Source: Clostridia bacterium
GTDB lineage: Bacteria > Bacillota > Clostridia > TANB77 > CAG-508
Reading direction: 5' to 3'
Length of the DNA: 64,000 nt
Assembly (NCBI GenBank): GCA_017456555.1
Contig: JAFTJF010000011.1
Location: forward strand, 35,831 to 99,830
Below, piece by piece: positions 1-10,372 of the stretch. The notes below the pieces were generated by a model. That model saw nothing but the letters and a program-made list of their open reading frames with translations, searched no databases and had not been told where the DNA came from. The first letter of the stretch is position 1; each line of letters starts with the position of its first letter. A program made the position numbers and the translations under genes.

Positions 1-1
1 T

Positions 2-181
2 GATAACGGAGATTTAGTAGAATGCGATGCTGAAATGCTTGCATCTGAAATCTTTTCATTAACATGCTCAGCTTTAATTTATAAAAGAAAAGCAAATTTG
101 GAGCAAATTGACGTTCAGAGAATATATAAAGAATACGAAAAAACATTATTTAATAAAATAGTAAAAAAGGTGGAAAATTAA
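2..181 (+). CDS. 3' end of an ORF entering from the left edge; helical C-terminus, possibly a TetR/AcrR-type regulator
   Basis: Frame 2 is open from the window edge to TAA at 179-181 (..IYKEYEKTLFNKIVKKVEN*). The stop lies 1 nt before the ATG of the next gene. No diagnostic motif in the 59 visible codons. Confidence 0.35.
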   Translation, partial: DNGDLVECDAEMLASEIFSLTCSALIYKRKANLEQIDVQRIYKEYEKTLFNKIVKKVEN

Positions 182-182
182 A

Positions 183-1925
183 ATGGGAGAAAGAATCTAC
201 AAAGGCTGTGATAGAGTTCACAATGTAAAAAGTTTTAAAAATCTAAAAGAAATGATAAATAATGCTAAAGAAGAATTTGGCGAAAATGCTGCATTCAAAT
301 TCAAAAATCCAGAAACAAAAGAAATGTACACAATGTCTTATAATGATTATATTGACGAAGTAAATGCATTAGGTACAGCTTTAATTAGTATTGGATTAAA
401 AGATAAAAGAATTGGTGTTATTGGTGAAAACAGATATGAATGGGAAGAAGCGTATTTATCAGTAACTTGTGGAACAGGTATTGTTGTTCCTTTAGATAAA
501 GCTTTAACAGAAAATGAACTTTTAAGCTTAATTGAAAGATCTGAAATTGAAGCCATTTTCTATACAAACAAATATACAGAAGTAATGGAAAGAGCTAAAA
601 AAGAAAATGTAGGAAAAATAAAATTCTATATTTCTATGGATTTAGAAGAAAAAACAGGAGATATTTACTCTCAAAAAGAATTAATTAGAGTTGGAAAAGA
701 CTTAATTAAAAATGGAGCAAGAAGCTTTTTAGATGCTGAAATTGATAATGATAAAATGGCAGTTATGTTATTTACATCAGGAACAACATCACAATCTAAA
801 GCTGTTATGTTATCACATACAAATTTAACAAGTAATGTTTATGATATAGGATCAATATTTGATATAAACGAAAATGATGTATTCTTATCATTTTTACCAT
901 TACATCATGTATTTGAATGTACAGTTGGATTCTTATTTGCAGTTAGTAAAGGTTCTACAATTGCATTTTGCGAAGGTATTAGACACATTGCAGATAACCT
1001 AAAAGAATTTGAAGCAACTGTAATGATTGCTGTTCCAGTATTATTTGAAAATATGTATAAAAAAGTAATGCAAGGAATTGATAAAAAAGGAAAAACAAAA
1101 ACAGTTAAATTTGGTATTAAATTATCAAAATTCTTAAGAGTATTTGGAATTGATGTTAGAAGAAAATTATTTAAAGATATACATGCAAATTTCGGTGGAA
1201 AATTAAGATTATTAGTTGCTGGTGGAGCTGCTTTTGATCCAGAAGCAGAAAAAGGATTTACAGATTTGGGTGTAGATACTTACCAAGGATATGGATTATC
1301 AGAAACATCACCAGTTGTTGCAGCTGAAAATCCAACATACCACAAATTAGGATCAATAGGAAAAACATTCCCAAGTCTAGAAACAAAAATTGTTAATCCA
1401 GATGAAATGGGAATTGGTGAATTAGCTGTTAAAGGACCAACAGTAATGCTTGGATACTATAACAACGAAGAAGCTACAAAAGAATGCATGAAAGATGGAT
1501 GGTTCCATACAGGAGATTTAGCTTACATAGATAAAGATGGATTTATATTCATAACAGGAAGAAAGAAAAGTGTTATAGTATTAAAAAACGGAAAAAATGT
1601 ATTCCCAGAAGAAACAGAAACATTAATAAATAAAATTCATGGTGTTAAAGAATCATTTGTTTTTGGAAAACCAGATGAAGAAGATGCAAATGATTTAAAA
1701 ATGTGTGTTGAAGTTGTTTTCGATAGAGATGCAATGAAATCAGAATATGGTGTTGAATCAGATGAAGAAATAAAAGCAAAACTTTGGGAAAAAATCAAAG
1801 AAATTAACAAAACAATGCCAAAATATAAATATGTTAAAGAATTAATTATTACTGAAGAAGAATTAATTAAAACAACAACTTTAAAAATTAAAAGACATGA
1901 AGAAATTAAAAAAGTTTTAAAATAA
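183..1925 (+). CDS. AMP-dependent acyl-CoA synthetase (long-chain-fatty-acid--CoA ligase type)
   Basis: RBS AAGGTGGA upstream. AMP-binding signature FTSGTTSQSKAVMLSH, plus GYGLSETS, WFHTGDLAY and GRKKSVIVLKNGKNVFP. Confidence 0.9.
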   Translation: MGERIYKGCDRVHNVKSFKNLKEMINNAKEEFGENAAFKFKNPETKEMYTMSYNDYIDEVNALGTALISIGLKDKRIGVIGENRYEWEEAYLSVTCGTGIVVPLDKALTENELLSLIERSEIEAIFYTNKYTEVMERAKKENVGKIKFYISMDLEEKTGDIYSQKELIRVGKDLIKNGARSFLDAEIDNDKMAVMLFTSGTTSQSKAVMLSHTNLTSNVYDIGSIFDINENDVFLSFLPLHHVFECTVGFLFAVSKGSTIAFCEGIRHIADNLKEFEATVMIAVPVLFENMYKKVMQGIDKKGKTKTVKFGIKLSKFLRVFGIDVRRKLFKDIHANFGGKLRLLVAGGAAFDPEAEKGFTDLGVDTYQGYGLSETSPVVAAENPTYHKLGSIGKTFPSLETKIVNPDEMGIGELAVKGPTVMLGYYNNEEATKECMKDGWFHTGDLAYIDKDGFIFITGRKKSVIVLKNGKNVFPEETETLINKIHGVKESFVFGKPDEEDANDLKMCVEVVFDRDAMKSEYGVESDEEIKAKLWEKIKEINKTMPKYKYVKELIITEEELIKTTTLKIKRHEEIKKVLK

Positions 1926-2040
1926 TATAATAATTTTTAATAAAAAACAAAAATAATATGAGAAAATATAATCTCAAATGTAAAAAAGTGAAAATTTAAA
2001 AATATATTATTTACGAAATTAAAAAATAAAATTAAAGAAA

Positions 2041-2095
2041 AGAGTGATTGAAAAAAATGTCAAAAAAACTGAATTTTTCAATTGCTCTTTTTTTA
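2041..2095 (+). terminator. Rho-independent terminator after the acyl-CoA synthetase gene
   Basis: 15-bp stem AGAGTGATTGAAAAA / TTTTTCAATTGCTCT (two G-U pairs) followed by a T-run. Confidence 0.7.
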
Positions 2096-2276
2096 TTTAT
2101 ATAATAAAATATGTAAATAGAAGCAAGAAAAAGAATGTTACATAATGTTACAAAAATAATTAAAAATGTAACAAAAATGTAATAGAAAAAAGTCGAAAAA
2201 TACTTGTAGTTTTACGGAAAACAATATATAATTACTTTAGTATTTAATTAGATTGATACGAAGGAGGTAGTTTACA

Positions 2277-3236
2277 ATGTCATTTTTTCAAAAATCAGGC
2301 ATAGTAAACGTGAAAATGGTGATCACGGAAGAAAAAATATTATCAAATATCGATAAAGTTCAAAAATTAATAAATCCTAACAGCAAAAAACAAATAGTTC
2401 AATTAGAAGACGATTCTTATTTCAAAGATTTGGTAGAATCAGTAAAAACATATTTACTAGAATATCCAAAGAAAAAGAATTTTCCAAAAAGTGTTTATAA
2501 AGCTGCTTATGATTTAGTTGAGTATGCCACAAACCAATTCGAAGAAAACACTAAAAAAATTGAAGAATTAATTAGACAAAGAGAAAAAAATATAAAATTA
2601 GCAAGTGTTTTAAGAGATGCTACAACAGCTGTTAAAGCAAGAGCTAAAAATTGGAAAGAAATCGTTAAAAAATTAGAAACTAAATATCCTGCTGATGTTG
2701 CTGAAGCTTTAACATTAATTGGAAAAAGCAAAGATAAAACAACAGAAGAATATGCAAATGCTGTTAAGTTAATAGATACAAAAGTTAATAATTTAGAATC
2801 AAACTTACATATTGAAATTGATATGGAAAGAATTGAAGATAAATCAAAAGCTTTAAGTTATATTGGAATTGAAATTGCAGAAGCTCTTAAATATATTCCT
2901 GCTCCAGTTGATGAAGTGTTAGGTGCTGGAGAAGAAACAGAAGTAGAAGAAAATATAGTTGCTAATGCAATATTAGAACCAGCTCCTGTAAAAGAAGAAA
3001 AAGTAACTCCAGAAGTTGCTGCTGCAGCTACTGTTACTGAAGAAGTAGAAGAAGTTGCTGCTGAAGTATCAACACCAGAATTAGATGCATATTTTGAAGA
3101 AACAAGATTTGAAGCAAAACCTTCATTATGGCAAAGAATCAAAAACAGCAAATTTGTTAGAACAATTAGATATATTATGCAAATTAGAGTTGTGTTAGAT
3201 TACCCAGCATTACCAGAAGGAAGAGATAACTATTAA
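2277..3236 (+). CDS. Hypothetical protein: coiled-coil N-terminus, acidic Glu/Val/Ala-rich linker, short basic C-terminus
   Basis: Strong RBS GAAGGAGG 8 nt upstream and its own terminator at 3249-3277. No family recognised. Confidence 0.6.
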   Translation: MSFFQKSGIVNVKMVITEEKILSNIDKVQKLINPNSKKQIVQLEDDSYFKDLVESVKTYLLEYPKKKNFPKSVYKAAYDLVEYATNQFEENTKKIEELIRQREKNIKLASVLRDATTAVKARAKNWKEIVKKLETKYPADVAEALTLIGKSKDKTTEEYANAVKLIDTKVNNLESNLHIEIDMERIEDKSKALSYIGIEIAEALKYIPAPVDEVLGAGEETEVEENIVANAILEPAPVKEEKVTPEVAAAATVTEEVEEVAAEVSTPELDAYFEETRFEAKPSLWQRIKNSKFVRTIRYIMQIRVVLDYPALPEGRDNY

Positions 3237-3298
3237 TAAATAAAATTAAGCTCCAGAAAAAACTGGAGCTTTTTTTGTTGTCTAAAAATACTTTTATA

Positions 3299-3351
3299 TT
3301 GACAACAGATTATATTAGAATTATAATAAACATATGAACAATTATTCATAT
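3299..3351 (+). promoter_or_regulatory. Consensus sigma-A promoter plus a 7-6-7 palindromic operator for the ArsR-type repressor
   Basis: TTGACA (3299-3304), 17 nt, TATAAT (3322-3327). ATATGAA-caatta-TTCATAT at 3332-3351 overlaps the predicted start site. Confidence 0.65.
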
Positions 3352-3386
3352 ATTCAAATATAATATATTAAATAAAGAGGTAGCCT

Positions 3387-3743
3387 ATGGATGAATTTGT
3401 AAGATGTGAAGAAGAAGTTTCAAATTTAGAAACAGTAAAAAGAGTAAAAGATAATCTTCTAAATGATGAAGAAATATTTGATTTGGCAGAACTATTTAAA
3501 GTTTTTGGAGATTCAACAAGAATGAAAATAATAAATGCTTTAATGATGGAAGAATTATGTGTTTGTGATATTGCAGAAATCACAAATTCAACTCCGTCAG
3601 CAATTTCTCATCAATTAAGAGTTTTAAAACAAGCAAAACTTGTCAAATATAGAAAAGAAGGAAAATCAGTTTTTTATTCTCTTGATGATGACCATGTAAG
3701 AGAAATCTTTGAGAAAGGTCGTGAGCATATTGAAGAAGTATGA
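3387..3743 (+). CDS. ArsR/SmtB-family metal-responsive transcriptional repressor
   Basis: Winged-HTH signature ELCVCDIAEITNSTPSAISHQLRVLKQAKLVKYRKEGKSVFYSL. Overlaps the start of the metal ATPase gene. Confidence 0.9.
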   Translation: MDEFVRCEEEVSNLETVKRVKDNLLNDEEIFDLAELFKVFGDSTRMKIINALMMEELCVCDIAEITNSTPSAISHQLRVLKQAKLVKYRKEGKSVFYSLDDDHVREIFEKGREHIEEV

Positions 3744-5943
3744 GTTTATTTTAGAGGGATTAGATTGCGCTAATTGTGCAAACAAAATTCAAAATAAATT
3801 AGCTGAAAATTCTAATTATAAAAATGTTGTAGTAAATTTTAATACTTTGAAATTATCTTTTGAATCTGAACTTGAAGAAGTAAAAGAAGAAATAGAAAAA
3901 GTTGTAAAAAGTTTAGAACCAGAAGTTGAAGTAATAGATTTACATGATAAAAATGAAAATCACGAACATCATAATGATCATGATGAAAAAGAACATGACC
4001 ATCATAAACATCATGACCATAATCATTGCGATGATAAAGAACATTCACATTGTAGTTATAATCATGATGAACATAAACACAAAGAAAATAAAAAACATGA
4101 TAAAAAGAAGAATAAAAAAGCTAAAAAGAAAAATGCAAATTTAATAAGATTGATTTGTGGAATTATTTTAATGGTAATTGCTTTAAGTGGAATTTTGCCA
4201 GAAAAAATAAATCTTGTAGTTATCGTTTTTGCTTATATAATAATGCTTTATAGAACTTCGAAAAATGCATTAAAATTATTAAAACAAAAAGTTATAGATG
4301 AAAACTTTTTAATTACAATTTCTTGTATAGGAGCTTTTATAATTGGTGAACAATTTGAAGGTTTGATGGTAATTGCATTATATGAAATTGGAAAAATTTT
4401 AGAAGAAAAAGCAATTAATAATACAAGAAAATCTATAGCGTCATTAATGGATATTAGACCAGAATATGCAAATTTAAAACATGGAAACCATGAACATAGG
4501 GTTAATCCAAATGAAGTAAATATTAATGATATTATTGTTGTAAAACAAGGTGAGAAAGTTCCTTTAGATGGTATTGTTGTTTCTGGAAATGCTAATTTAA
4601 ATACAGCTTCATTAACCGGAGAATCAACTTTAAGAGAAGTTAAAGAAAATGATAAGGTTTTATCTGGTAGCATAAATGAAAAAGGTTTAATTGAAATTAA
4701 AGTAACAGAAAAATATGAAAATAGTACTGTAAGCAAAATTTTAGAACTAGTAGAAAATGCAACAGACAAAAAAGCTAAAACAGAAACTTTTGTAAATAAA
4801 GCATCTAGAATTTATACACCAATAGTTTTAAGTTTAGCTGCTTTAGTTGGAATTCTATTACCTATATTTACAGATATTACATATACAGAAAGTATTTATA
4901 GAGCACTAATATTTTTAGTTGTTTCTTGTCCATGTGCAATTGTTATATCAGTTCCATTAAGCTATTTTTCAGGAATTGGTAAAGCTTCAAAAGAAGGAAT
5001 TTTAGTTAAAGGAAGTAACTATTTAGATGCAATAAAAGATATAAAATATATTGCTCTTGATAAAACAGGAACTTTAACAAAAGGAAAATTTGAAGTTGAA
5101 AAAATTAAAGTATATGACGAAAAATATACAGAAGACCAAATTTTAGAATATGCAGCTTTTGCAGAAAGTTTTTCGAATCACCCTTTAGCTGTCGCTGTAC
5201 TTGAAAAATATGGAAAAGTTGTTAATAAAGATAGTATAACTGATTTTGAAGAAATAGCTGGAAAAGGTCTTTCATATAAATTAGATAATTTAATTATTAA
5301 AGTTGGAAATAATGATTTAGTTAATTGTGAAGAAGAAAAAGAAATTGGAACTATTATATATGTAAAAATTGATGAAAATGTTATTGGATGCTTAATTCTA
5401 AATGACACAATAAAACCAGAAGCAAAAGATGTAATCGGAAATTTGAATAAATTAGGAATAAGCACAATGATGTTTACTGGTGACAATTTAGAAGTTGCAA
5501 AAAAAGTTGCAACAGAAATTGGAATAAAAGAAGTTAAAGCTGAAATGCTTCCAACAGATAAATATAACGAAATTGAAAAAGTAATAAAAAATAAAATATC
5601 TGGAAATGTAGCATTTGTTGGAGATGGAATTAATGATTCACCAGTTTTAGCATTAGCTGATGTTGGAATATCAATGGGAGGAATTGGTGCAAGTTCTGCA
5701 ATTGAAGCTTCTGACATAGTTATAATGACAGATAATTTAAAGAAAATTGAACAAGCAATTAATATCTCAAAAGAAACCAATAAAATAATAAAACAAAATT
5801 TAGTATTCGCAATTGGAATAAAAGTAATGGTATTAATATTAACAGTACTAGGATTATCACAAATGTGGATGGCTGTTTTTGCAGATGTTGGTGTAACATT
5901 AATTACAATTTTAAATACACTTAGAATTTTAAAAAGAAAATAA
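3709..5943 (+). CDS. Heavy-metal-translocating P1B-type ATPase (Zn/Cd/Co type) with an HMA domain and a His-rich linker
   Basis: HMA motif GLDCANCA, long His/Asp/Lys-rich tract, CPC motif VSCPCAIV, phosphorylation site DKTGTLT, hinge GDGINDSP. The exact start is uncertain (TTG 3709, or GTG/TTG at 3721-3730). Confidence 0.93.
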   Translation: MRKVVSILKKYEFILEGLDCANCANKIQNKLAENSNYKNVVVNFNTLKLSFESELEEVKEEIEKVVKSLEPEVEVIDLHDKNENHEHHNDHDEKEHDHHKHHDHNHCDDKEHSHCSYNHDEHKHKENKKHDKKKNKKAKKKNANLIRLICGIILMVIALSGILPEKINLVVIVFAYIIMLYRTSKNALKLLKQKVIDENFLITISCIGAFIIGEQFEGLMVIALYEIGKILEEKAINNTRKSIASLMDIRPEYANLKHGNHEHRVNPNEVNINDIIVVKQGEKVPLDGIVVSGNANLNTASLTGESTLREVKENDKVLSGSINEKGLIEIKVTEKYENSTVSKILELVENATDKKAKTETFVNKASRIYTPIVLSLAALVGILLPIFTDITYTESIYRALIFLVVSCPCAIVISVPLSYFSGIGKASKEGILVKGSNYLDAIKDIKYIALDKTGTLTKGKFEVEKIKVYDEKYTEDQILEYAAFAESFSNHPLAVAVLEKYGKVVNKDSITDFEEIAGKGLSYKLDNLIIKVGNNDLVNCEEEKEIGTIIYVKIDENVIGCLILNDTIKPEAKDVIGNLNKLGISTMMFTGDNLEVAKKVATEIGIKEVKAEMLPTDKYNEIEKVIKNKISGNVAFVGDGINDSPVLALADVGISMGGIGASSAIEASDIVIMTDNLKKIEQAINISKETNKIIKQNLVFAIGIKVMVLILTVLGLSQMWMAVFADVGVTLITILNTLRILKRK

Positions 5944-5951
5944 TAATAAAA

Positions 5952-5987
5952 ATACTCGCAAACCAGAGTGGTCTGCGAGTATTTTTT
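5952..5987. terminator. Bidirectional terminator shared by the ATPase gene and the convergent islet gene
   Basis: ATACTCGCAAACCA-gag-TGGTCTGCGAGTAT with one mismatch. T-run on the plus strand and an A-run upstream. Confidence 0.8.
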
Positions 5988-5992
5988 GACGA

Positions 5993-6529
5993 TTACAAGA
6001 GATAAAAAAACTCTTTGCTGCAAGGTAATTTCTTTCGACTCTCATATTTTTCGAGAAGTTCTCTCAAGTTTTCGAGAGAAATGTCATCAGAAATCCAGGC
6101 GAGTACAGGGTTTCTACTCTTGAGTTTGTTTCTTCCGAGAGTTGCATTGAAAACTGACTTGTCAGCAATGACGATTGCGTACTGACCGTACTTGGTGAAT
6201 ACTGCAATGTTCCGAATGATGTCCTCTTTTACCAGCTGATCATATGTGTTGTAAAAATCAGTTTCAGATTTCATACATTTGTCATCACCGATGAAGGACA
6301 ATGCCCAAGCAATTTTTGCACCTCTATTGGCAGGAAGCTCAGCACGAGTGATAATGGGAGGAGTCTTCAAGCCCTGAGGCAGAATGTAAAAAGCTTCTCC
6401 TAAATGTGCGGGCTGAGATAAAACTACTTCGTCATGGATTTTTGTTTGAAGGAACCGGCCGTCGAATACGGCATTGATAGATTCATTTACTCGAAATGAC
6501 TGAGGCTCTTTTGTGATGAAAATTATCAA
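5993..6529 (-). CDS. Hypothetical protein in a G+C-rich single-gene islet (family not recognised)
   Basis: The ORF in the track extends to ATG 6682, but that ATG lies inside the spacer of a consensus promoter (TTGACA, 18 nt, TGgTATAAT, about 6660-6690, minus strand). The best in-transcript start is TTG 6529, behind RBS AGGGAAAGGAA. Codon composition differs from the neighbouring genes. Confidence 0.5.
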   Translation of the reverse strand: MIIFITKEPQSFRVNESINAVFDGRFLQTKIHDEVVLSQPAHLGEAFYILPQGLKTPPIITRAELPANRGAKIAWALSFIGDDKCMKSETDFYNTYDQLVKEDIIRNIAVFTKYGQYAIVIADKSVFNATLGRNKLKSRNPVLAWISDDISLENLRELLEKYESRKKLPCSKEFFYLL

Positions 6530-6758
6530 TTTTCTATTCCTTTCCCTACAACATAGTAAGACTATGCTTTCGTTCCCAGATATATGTATTTTTTGTAAGT
6601 CTGGGCCACTTTGGTTTATGTCTAATCTGACTTTTACCGCTAACTGTGAGTTAACTTTTTTTATTATACCACAAATTAACATAAAATGTCAAAAAACATT
6701 GATTTTTAAATAAAAATACAGTATAATATTAAATGAATTTTAAAGTGAGGTATTTAAA

Positions 6759-7778
6759 ATGGAAAATAAAAAAAGAATATTAACAGGTGATAGACCTACA
6801 GGAAAATTACATATAGGACATTATTTTGGATCTTTGAAAAAAAGAGTAGAGATGCAAAATAGTGGAGAATATGAACCATATATATTAATAGCTGATGTTC
6901 AAGCTTTAACAGATAACTTTAATAATCCAGAAAAAGTTAGAAAAAATGTAAGAGAAGTTGTTATGGATTATTTATCAGTTGGAATTGATCCAGAAAAAAC
7001 AACTATATATATACAGTCAATGATACCAGAAACAGCTGAGCTTACAGTATTTTATTCAAACTTAGTTACAATAGCTAGACTTCAAAGAAATCCAACAGTA
7101 AAAACAGAAATTGCTCAAAAAAGAGATTTATTTGGAGAGAGCGTAACTTATGGATTTTTAGGATATCCAGTAAGTCAAGCAGCAGATATAACTGCATTTG
7201 AAGGTGAACTTGTTCCAGTAGGTGAAGATCAAGCACCTTTAATTGAACAATGTAAAGAAATAGTTAGAAAATTCAATAGTATCTATGGTGAAGGAATTTT
7301 AAAAGAACCAGAAATCGTTTTATCTGAAGGAAAAAGAATTAAAGGTTTAGATGGAAATGAGAAAATGGGTAAATCTTTAGGAAATGCAATTTACCTATCA
7401 GATAGTGAAGAAGAAATCACTAAAAAAGTTATGAGTGCTGTAACAGATCCAAATAGAATTAAAAAAGATGATTTAGGAAATCCTGATGTTTGTATGGTTG
7501 CTTATTATCATAAATTATTCTCAAGTAAAGAAGCTTGCTCAAAAGCATGTTCAGAATGTAAGCTTGGCGCTAGAGGATGTGTTGCATGTAAAAGAGAACT
7601 TGCAACAAATATTGTTGAATTCTTAAGACCAATGAGAGAAAAAAGAGCTTATTATGAAGCGCATCCAGAAGAAGTAGATAGAATCTTAAAAGAAGGAACA
7701 GAAAAAGCAAGAAAAACAGCAAAAGAAACTATGAAAAAAGTAAAAAAAGCTATGATGCTTGATTATTTTGAAGATTAG
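6759..7778 (+). CDS. trpS: Tryptophan--tRNA ligase
   Basis: Class I signatures HIGHYFG and KMGKS. Length and overall pattern are typical of TrpRS. Confidence 0.95.
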   Translation: MENKKRILTGDRPTGKLHIGHYFGSLKKRVEMQNSGEYEPYILIADVQALTDNFNNPEKVRKNVREVVMDYLSVGIDPEKTTIYIQSMIPETAELTVFYSNLVTIARLQRNPTVKTEIAQKRDLFGESVTYGFLGYPVSQAADITAFEGELVPVGEDQAPLIEQCKEIVRKFNSIYGEGILKEPEIVLSEGKRIKGLDGNEKMGKSLGNAIYLSDSEEEITKKVMSAVTDPNRIKKDDLGNPDVCMVAYYHKLFSSKEACSKACSECKLGARGCVACKRELATNIVEFLRPMREKRAYYEAHPEEVDRILKEGTEKARKTAKETMKKVKKAMMLDYFED

Positions 7779-7786
7779 AGGGAAGA

Positions 7787-8137
7787 ATGAATTATATAAA
7801 AAAATTATCAGATAAACCAGATTTTTCTCAAAAAGGATTAAATGGATATAATTATCAATTAGATTGCAAAGAAATTACAATTTCAGTGGAAGATGTTTTT
7901 TCTGGACATGATAAATATCATATAAATAAACGTAGTAGTAAAATTTATTATGTTCTAGAAGGAGAAGGAACATTTTCAGTAGATGGAAATATTTTTAATG
8001 TAAAAAAAGATGATGTAATAGAAATAAAACCTAATACAGAATTTGTATTTGCAGGAAAAATGAAACTTTTATTAATTATGTCACCTGGTTTTAGAGAAGA
8101 AGATGGTTTTGACGGAAAAGATAATGATTTATATTAA
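7787..8137 (+). CDS. Cupin-domain protein
   Basis: Cupin_2-like core YYVLEGEGTFSVDGNIFNVKKDDVIEIKPNTEF. Confidence 0.7.
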   Translation: MNYIKKLSDKPDFSQKGLNGYNYQLDCKEITISVEDVFSGHDKYHINKRSSKIYYVLEGEGTFSVDGNIFNVKKDDVIEIKPNTEFVFAGKMKLLLIMSPGFREEDGFDGKDNDLY

Positions 8138-9442
<1,305 letters not shown>

Positions 9443-9550
9443 TATAAAATGAGAAGAAAGTAATTGAAAAAAATTACTTTCTTTTTTTATTATAAAAGTA
9501 AAACTTTTGTTTGACAAACAAAATGTTTTGTGATAATATCTTTTTAGATT

Positions 9551-9568
9551 ACAGAACGGAAGTTCTGT
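9551..9568. promoter_or_regulatory. LexA (SOS/Cheo) box upstream of lexA
   Basis: ACAGAAC-GGAA-GTTCTGT matches the Gram-positive GAAC-N4-GTTC consensus. It lies just downstream of the promoter TTGACA, 17 nt, TAATAT. Confidence 0.85.
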
Positions 9569-9622
9569 AGAATAAATTTTCGGTAAAAAATAATATAAAT
9601 AAATGAAATGGGGTACTAGTTT

Positions 9623-10282
9623 ATGAGAAAAAAAGATCCAAATAGCTTAAATAAAAGAGAGAAAGCAATATTAAAATTTATTGAAAAACAAATAAATGCT
9701 AATGGTTATCCACCATCAGTTAGAGAAATAGGAAAAGCTGTAGATTTAAAATCAACAGCAACTGTTCATGGTTATATTGCGTCTTTAGAGCAAAAAGGAT
9801 ATATCAAAAAAGAAAGTCAAAAAGGAAGAACTTTAAAATTATTAAAAGGCGGAGCTATAGAAGGGCAACAATCTACTTTTGATAAAGAAGTTTATTCAAG
9901 TAAAGAAATGGTTGATGTACCAGTAATTGGAAAAATTACTGCTGGAGAGCCAATTTTAGCTGTTGAAAATGTAACAGATACATTCCCAATTCCTTTAGAT
10001 TTTGTTGGAACTGGAGAAAGTTTCATGTTAACAGTTAGAGGAGAATCAATGATTGAAGCTGGTATTTTAGACGGAGACTATATATTAGTTAGAAAACAAA
10101 ATACAGCTCTTAACGGAGAAATTGTTGTAGCTTTAATTGGAGACGAAGCTACTGTAAAAACTTTCTATAAAGAAAAAGATCATATTAGACTTCAACCAGA
10201 AAACTCTACAATGGATCCAATAATAGTACCAACATGCCAAATATTAGGAAAAGTATCTGGTGTGTTTAGAAAGATGAAATAA
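9623..10282 (+). CDS. lexA: LexA repressor
   Basis: N-terminal winged HTH (YPPSVREIG), cleavage region [13 protein letters not shown]24 peptidase core [10 protein letters not shown]...VKTF. Confidence 0.95.
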   Translation: MRKKDPNSLNKREKAILKFIEKQINANGYPPSVREIGKAVDLKSTATVHGYIASLEQKGYIKKESQKGRTLKLLKGGAIEGQQSTFDKEVYSSKEMVDVPVIGKITAGEPILAVENVTDTFPIPLDFVGTGESFMLTVRGESMIEAGILDGDYILVRKQNTALNGEIVVALIGDEATVKTFYKEKDHIRLQPENSTMDPIIVPTCQILGKVSGVFRKMK

Positions 10283-10304
10283 AATTCTAATTTTACTATA
10301 TATA

Positions 10305-10335
10305 AAAGAAGCTGAGTATTTTTCTCAGCTTCTTT
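10305..10335. terminator. Bidirectional terminator between lexA and mutS2
   Basis: AAAGAAGCTGAG-tatttt-CTCAGCTTCTTT with flanking A/T runs. Confidence 0.75.
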
Positions 10336-10372
10336 TGATTTATTTATTAAAAACTTGTATTGAAAAAGTATA

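Noticed and set aside
347-556. Antisense shadow ORFs inside well-supported genes. Examples: 347-556, 2507-2731, 2858-3151, 4248-4769, 5178-6023, 11784-12641, 28675-29086, 33283-34229, 40141-40899, 48479-48859, 51634-51876, 61758-62273 and 62958-63242.
   Set aside because: Each lies opposite a gene with clear family motifs, lacks an RBS, and has the low-complexity Ser/Phe/Leu/Ile composition expected from reading A/T-rich coding DNA backwards.
3839-4144. Two ORFs (3839-4048 minus, 3944-4144 plus) rich in His, Asn, Ile and Met.
   Set aside because: They are alternative-frame readings of the His/Asp/Lys-rich linker of the P1B ATPase, a repetitive CAT/GAT/AAA region. They are not independent genes.
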